Assembly (NCBI GenBank): GCA_045577475.1
Contig: JAZNIM010000249.1
Span: 1 to 49,267 of the forward strand
Source: Eubacteriales bacterium
GTDB taxonomy: Bacteria; Bacillota; Clostridia; Oscillospirales; CAG-382
Reading direction: 5' to 3'
Length of the DNA: 49,267 nt
Shown here: positions 44,931 to 49,267 of the stretch, piece by piece
Layout: each line of letters opens with the position of its first letter
Position numbering within the stretch: position 1 is the stretch's first letter
Program-made: the position numbers and the translations under genes
The notes under the pieces: generated by a model
Told to the model about the DNA's origin: nothing
The model's database searches: none
The model's input: the letters and a program-made list of their open reading frames with translations, nothing else

Positions 44931-45875
44931 TTACTTCTTAATTTTAAGAGCTTCTTTAACCTTTGCAACAACACTCTGTGCATCAAGTCCGAATACGGGA
45001 ATAAGCTCTGTTGCCTTACCTGACTTGCCGTAGGTATCGTTTACACCAAGCTTAAGTACGGGAACAGGATTTGCACTTTCGCAAACAACCTCGCTTACCG
45101 CACTTCCGAGACCGCCGATGATATTATGCTCCTCGCATGTCACGATAACGCCTGTCTTTTCAGCACTTTCAAGAATAAGCTCCTTATCAATAGGCTTGAT
45201 ACAGGGCATATTTACAATTCTTGCACTGATGCCTTCAGCCTTAAGAATTTCGTTTGCTTCAAGAGCAATTGAAGTCATAAGACCTGTTGCAATAACGGTT
45301 ACATCGCTTCCTTCATGAAGCACGCCGCCCTTACCGATTTCAAACTTAAAGGTAGCCTTATCGAAAATCTGAGGAACTGCAAGTCTGCCGAATCACATAT
45401 AAACAGGACCTACATAATTGAGTGCCGCTTCAACGCAGGCTCTTGCCTCGGTAGCATCCGCAGGATTGAGAATCACCATACCGGGAATTGTTCTCATAAG
45501 TGCAATATCTTCATTACACTGATGTGTAGCACCGTCTTCACCAACCGTAATACCTGCATGAGTTGCACCGATTTTAACATTGAGGTGAGGATAGCCGATG
45601 ATATTTCTAACCTGCTCAAAAGCACGTCCTGCCGCAAACATTGCAAAGGAGCTTGCAAATACAGTCTTACCTGTTGCCGCAATACCTGCCGCGACACCCA
45701 TCATATTACCTTCTGCAATACCGCAATCGAAAAATCTGTCGGGGAATGCCTTTTTGAAGGTACCTGTTTTTGTTGCTGCTGCAAGGTCGGCATCAAGAAC
45801 AACAAAATCATACTTTTCGCCGAAATCCGCCAAAGCGTTACCGTAGGCTTCACGGGTAGCCATTTTTTCTGCCAT
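44931..45875 (-). pseudogene. Transketolase C-terminal (pyrimidine-binding + C-domain) subunit, interrupted by one in-frame TGA at 45393-45395
   Basis: Track ORFs 45393..45875 (160 aa) and 44931..45323 (130 aa) are in the same frame. Read through, the junction is ...NYVGPVYM*FGRLAVPQIFDKATFKFEIGKGGVLHEGSDVTVIATG.... The stop sits where homologues, as I recall them, have Arg (YxRxGR). Confidence 0.75.
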
Positions 45876-45889
45876 GTTCTTATCCTCCC

Positions 45890-46720
45890 TTACTTAGCAA
45901 GAGCAAGTTCAATGCTCTCAAGATCCTTCATGCCGATTTCGTACTGTTCCTTATTGGGAGCAGAGCCATGCCATGAGCACTGGTTTTCCATATAGGAAAC
46001 TCCCTTACCCTTAACAGTCTTACAGATAACCGCAAAAGGCTTATCGGATTTCTTTGCAGCCTTAACAGCTGCGTCTATTTCGTCAAAATTGTGACCGTCA
46101 ATTACCATCACATTCCAGCCGAATGCCTTGAACTTTTCATCAAGAGGGCTGGGATTCATTACTTCTGCAACAGGACCGTCAATCTGAAGTCCGTTGAAAT
46201 CAACGAATACGCAAAGATTATTAAGTCCGTAGTGAGCAGCAAACATTGCTGCCTCCCATACCTGTCCTTCTTCGGATTCACCGTCGCCGAGAATGGAATA
46301 TACTCTGTAGCTCTTTTCGGAAATCTTGCCGCTGAGAGCCATTCCGCAAGCTGCGGAAATACCGAGGCCGAGAGAGCCTGTGGACATATCAACACCGGGA
46401 ATATGCTTCATATCGGGATGTCCCTGAAGATAGCTGTCCTTATGTCTGAAGGTTTTAAGGTCTTCCTTGGGGAAAAATCCCTTTTCTGCAAGTGTTGCAT
46501 AAAGTGCGGGAGAGGTATGACCCTTGGAAAGAACAAATCTGTCCCTATCCTCCATTTTAGGATTCTTGGGATCAACATTCATTTCCTCAAAGTAAAGGTA
46601 AGCGAGAATATCCGCTATACCCAATGAACCGCCGGGATGACCGGATGCGGCAGAGTATACGGCAGTCAATGCACCCTTACGGATTTCATTGGCAGCCTTA
46701 GCAAGTTTAATTTTGTCCAT
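45890..46720 (-). CDS. Transketolase N-terminal (TPP-binding) subunit
   Basis: Track ORF runs to 46744. I prefer ATG 46720, preceded by AGGAGGAAG. It has SGHPGGSLG and ILGDGESEEGQVWEA. Confidence 0.9.
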   Translation of the reverse strand: MDKIKLAKAANEIRKGALTAVYSAASGHPGGSLGIADILAYLYFEEMNVDPKNPKMEDRDRFVLSKGHTSPALYATLAEKGFFPKEDLKTFRHKDSYLQGHPDMKHIPGVDMSTGSLGLGISAACGMALSGKISEKSYRVYSILGDGESEEGQVWEAAMFAAHYGLNNLCVFVDFNGLQIDGPVAEVMNPSPLDEKFKAFGWNVMVIDGHNFDEIDAAVKAAKKSDKPFAVICKTVKGKGVSYMENQCSWHGSAPNKEQYEIGMKDLESIELALAK

Positions 46721-46744
46721 CAGACTTCCTCCTATGGTTATCAA

Positions 46745-47704
46745 TTAATTATAATTATTTCTTAAAATTTCAAGAGTTCTTTCAAAATGCGGCGGCAACG
46801 GAGCTTCAAACTCCATATACTCTCCCGTCTTAGGATGGTTTATTCCGAGCACCCTTGCATGAAGGCACTGTCCCGTAAGATTAAAGGGATTTTTTCCTTC
46901 AAGAGGAGCATACAGCGGATCTGCCGTCACGGGATGACCGAGATGTGATGCATGAACTCTTATTTGGTGTGTTCTTCCTGTTTCAAGACGAAATTCACAC
47001 AGCGAATAGCCTCTGAAAACCTCAAGTGTTTTATAATTTGTAACAGCAGGCTTTGAATTACTCTGCGTTACCGCCATTTTTTTGCGGTTAACGGGATGCC
47101 TTCCTATCGGAAGGTCTATTCTTCCTTCGGGTTCCTTGAAAGAGCCGATTACAACCGCATTATAAACACGCTTGAAGGAATGCTCCTTTATCTGCAAAGC
47201 AAGGTTATTATGAGCCTCATCATTTTTTGCCACGACCAAAAGACCGCTTGTGTCCTTATCTATTCTGTGAACAATTCCCGGGCGTATTACGCCGTTAATG
47301 CCCGAAAGTCTTCCGTCACAGTAATACATAAGTGCATTTACAAGTGTCTTATCGGGATTTCCAGGTGCGGGATGCACCACCATCCCCTGCGGTTTATTGA
47401 CAATGAGAATATCATCATCCTCATAAACAACATCAATATCAATCTGTTGCGGCACAGCCTCGCATATTTCAACAGGCGGCAGCTGTACTTCAACCTTCAT
47501 GCCATTGCTTACAACAAAGCTTTTCTTGGATGCAGTTTTTCCGTTTACCGAAACAAGATTTTTTTCAATGAGCTTCTGTGCATTATTCCTTGTAATTTCA
47601 CACTGAGAAGCCACGCACATATCCAGTCTTACGCCGCCTTCGCTGACAACGAAAGACACATTTTCCCGCTCATTGAGCTGTTCGTTTTCACTCATTCTCT
47701 TCAC
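46745..47704 (-). CDS. rluD: RluA-family 23S rRNA pseudouridine synthase (RluD-type) with an S4 domain
   Basis: 319 aa. It has the catalytic HRIDKDTSGLLVVAK and RTHQIRVH. The start is ambiguous between GTG 47704 and ATG 47695; both overlap the lspA stop. Confidence 0.85.
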   Translation of the reverse strand: MKRMSENEQLNERENVSFVVSEGGVRLDMCVASQCEITRNNAQKLIEKNLVSVNGKTASKKSFVVSNGMKVEVQLPPVEICEAVPQQIDIDVVYEDDDILIVNKPQGMVVHPAPGNPDKTLVNALMYYCDGRLSGINGVIRPGIVHRIDKDTSGLLVVAKNDEAHNNLALQIKEHSFKRVYNAVVIGSFKEPEGRIDLPIGRHPVNRKKMAVTQSNSKPAVTNYKTLEVFRGYSLCEFRLETGRTHQIRVHASHLGHPVTADPLYAPLEGKNPFNLTGQCLHARVLGINHPKTGEYMEFEAPLPPHFERTLEILRNNYN

Positions 47705-48176
47705 CGCTTTTCGCTTTTTCTTCGGGAAAGAGATTTTTATCAGTTAGCAATGCAATAATAAACAAGCCTGCACCAACTACCACTGCGGAATCCGCAACAT
47801 TGAACACCCACTGCCAGAAATCAAAGGCACAAAAGTCAATCATATCAACCACATAGCCTCTTGACACTCTGTCAATCATGTTTCCGATGCCTCCGCCGAG
47901 TATAAGCCCCAATGCCGTATCCAGCAGCTTATTTCTGCGTCCGTACTTAACAATCGCCCACAGCACCGCCGCAATGAGTATTACGGACGGTACCATAAAC
48001 AACCATCTTTGTCCCGAAAACAGACCGAAAGCCATGCCTTCATTCCGCACATAGGTAATATGAAGCACATCTTTTATAAGGGGTATATGCCGGGAAACCT
48101 GCATATTGTTTGCAACAAGTATTTTGGTAAGCTGGTCAACTATTACAACCGCAACTGTTATTAAAAATGCAAGCAT
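47688..48176 (-). CDS. lspA: Lipoprotein signal peptidase II
   Basis: 162 aa with 4 TM segments. It has VDQLTK, GGGIGNMIDR and FNVADSAV. The start overlaps the ileS stop as TAATG. Confidence 0.9.
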   Translation of the reverse strand: MLAFLITVAVVIVDQLTKILVANNMQVSRHIPLIKDVLHITYVRNEGMAFGLFSGQRWLFMVPSVILIAAVLWAIVKYGRRNKLLDTALGLILGGGIGNMIDRVSRGYVVDMIDFCAFDFWQWVFNVADSAVVVGAGLFIIALLTDKNLFPEEKAKSGEENE

Positions 48177-49267
48177 TATGCAAGAATTTCGGGGAATGAT
48201 GCCTTAACTATGGAAGCACATCTTGCACAGAGGTGCTGCTCTTCCCCAAGGTCTGTGCAGTCATTCTTTACATACCAGCATCTATCGCACTTTGTGCCCT
48301 CTGCCGCTTCAACAAGAACTGCAATACCTGTTTCGGTTTCGCTGAACGCATTAGCATTTTCTTCCTTACTGAGCTTAACCTCTGAGCAAATGAAGATATC
48401 ATTAAGTTCATCCTTAAAGCCTTCAAAGAAGTTATAGGTTGCTTCATCCTTAATATAGATTGTAACGGAAGCATCAAGGCTCTTACCGATAAGCTTTTCA
48501 GCTCTCGCAAGTTCAAGTGCCTTCATTACGTCATCTCTGTATACAAACAGTTTATTATAAGCATCTGCAACATCTGCGAACGTGTTTTCTTCCTTATACA
48601 TGGGAAGGTCATTGAGGAACACGCTTTGTGCGTTATCGCTGTCAACGTGATTCATGAACTGCCACAGCTCTTCTGCCGTGAAGGAAAGAATGGGAGCAAG
48701 AAGTCTTGTAAGACCGTTAAGTACAAAGTACATTGCTGTCTGTGCACTTCTTCTGGCTTCGCTTTCCTTTGCCTCAACATAAACTCTATCCTTTGAAATA
48801 TCAACATAAAGCTTTGACAAATCAATAGCACAGAAGTTATGGATATCATGATAAATGAGATGGAATTCATAGCTGTCATATGCCTTCTTTACTCTGTCGC
48901 AAAGAGCATTGAACTGAGAAACAATCCACTTATCAATAGGCTTCAAGTCATTTAAGTTCATCATATCCTTATTGGGATCAAAGTCCTCCTCGGGAGTACC
49001 CAGATTTGCAAGAAGGATACGTGCTGTATTTCTGATTTTTCTATAGATTTCGGAAAGCTGCTTAAAGATAGCATCCGAAACTCTTACGTCAACTCTATAG
49101 TCGCTGGAAGCAACCCACAGTCTGAGAAGGTCACCGCCGTACACCTTGATAACATCTTCGGGATATACCGAGTTACCAAGTGACTTATGCATTGCCTTAC
49201 CTTCACCGTCAACAACCCAGCCATGTGTGAGAACCTGCTTATAAGGAGCACCCTCGCCCTTAGCTGC
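48176..49267 (-). CDS. ileS: Isoleucine--tRNA ligase, C-terminal part. The 5' end lies outside the window.
   Basis: The frame stays open to the window edge. My translation of 49267-49170 is AAKGEGAPYKQVLTHGWVVDGEGKAMHKSLGN (KMSKS-type loop). The C-terminal zinc finger reads CDRCW...CARC. Confidence 0.9.
   Translation of the reverse strand, partial: AAKGEGAPYKQVLTHGWVVDGEGKAMHKSLGNSVYPEDVIKVYGGDLLRLWVASSDYRVDVRVSDAIFKQLSEIYRKIRNTARILLANLGTPEEDFDPNKDMMNLNDLKPIDKWIVSQFNALCDRVKKAYDSYEFHLIYHDIHNFCAIDLSKLYVDISKDRVYVEAKESEARRSAQTAMYFVLNGLTRLLAPILSFTAEELWQFMNHVDSDNAQSVFLNDLPMYKEENTFADVADAYNKLFVYRDDVMKALELARAEKLIGKSLDASVTIYIKDEATYNFFEGFKDELNDIFICSEVKLSKEENANAFSETETGIAVLVEAAEGTKCDRCWYVKNDCTDLGEEQHLCARCASIVKASFPEILA

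Noticed and set aside
45393-45395. The in-frame TGA read as selenocysteine or as a reassigned codon (Trp or Gly genetic codes).
   Set aside because: Several well-supported genes in the window terminate at TGA. The position corresponds to a conserved Arg rather than Cys, and I saw no obvious SECIS-like hairpin immediately downstream.
45315-45995. A 226-aa plus-strand ORF across the transketolase genes. Similar cases are 46091..46627, 47096..47758, 31182..31802, 9442..9960 and 35196..35669.
   Set aside because: All are antisense to genes with clear family motifs. None has an SD or a recognisable motif, and all have a Cys/Ile/Phe-rich composition.
1-49267. A window-wide look for mobile elements, prophage genes, defence systems (restriction-modification, CRISPR-Cas, Abi, STAND NTPases), tRNA or rRNA.
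   Set aside because: I recognised no integrase, transposase, recombinase, Cas, methylase/restriction or phage structural motifs. I found no long direct or terminal inverted repeats. No intergenic space is long enough to hold a structured RNA gene, apart from the 21249-21633 gap reported above.

Overview
This 49.3-kb window is a chromosomal segment whose gene content reads like an anaerobic, spore-forming Firmicute of the class Clostridia. That assignment is inferred from a split transketolase, an Etf/FAD-oxidase lactate module, a Na+-decarboxylase locus, ylmC/ymxH and strong GGAGG-type SD sites; it is not a database result. I can support 43 protein-coding genes, 38 of them on the minus strand and tightly packed. 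I found no rRNA, tRNA, CRISPR array, transposase or integrase.

**Layout**
- **1-10.4 kb:** intracellular glycan-type genes. These are a C26 amidotransferase, a Gfo/Idh/MocA oxidoreductase, two tandem ~1,080-aa DUF5107-TPR paralogues and a GH92 alpha-mannosidase.
- **10.5-15.9 kb:** a pyruvate-forming redox block. It holds a Dabb protein, an lctBCD-like etfB/etfA/FAD-oxidase set, and an unusual HTH_XRE::L-serine dehydratase fusion.
- **16-20.2 kb:** an operon of SGNH hydrolase, CaCA antiporter, GH78-like hydrolase and esterase.
- **20.4-22.6 kb:** a CAT/E2-like acyltransferase, a small dual-strand coding module and manA.
- **22.6-26 kb:** a four-hydrolase operon.
- **26.2-37.7 kb:** housekeeping genes (DUF1385-prmC; DUF3810, PBP2, mtnN, rpoD, dnaG, dgt, hflX).
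- **38.1-43.1 kb:** a five-gene Na+-translocating biotin decarboxylase locus that carries both a 12S-like and a 5S-like carboxyltransferase.
- **43.3-49.3 kb:** DUF1294, ackA, split transketolase, rluD, lspA and the ileS 3' part.

**Most interesting candidates**
- The uncharacterised tandem DUF5107-TPR pair.
- The 150-bp mirror-coding small-ORF module upstream of manA. It is absent from the ORF track because both ORFs are under 60 aa.
- The HTH-serine dehydratase fusion.
- The dual-carboxyltransferase decarboxylase locus.
- An in-frame TGA that replaces a conserved Arg in the transketolase C-terminal subunit.

All family assignments come from motif recognition by eye. None has been checked against a database.
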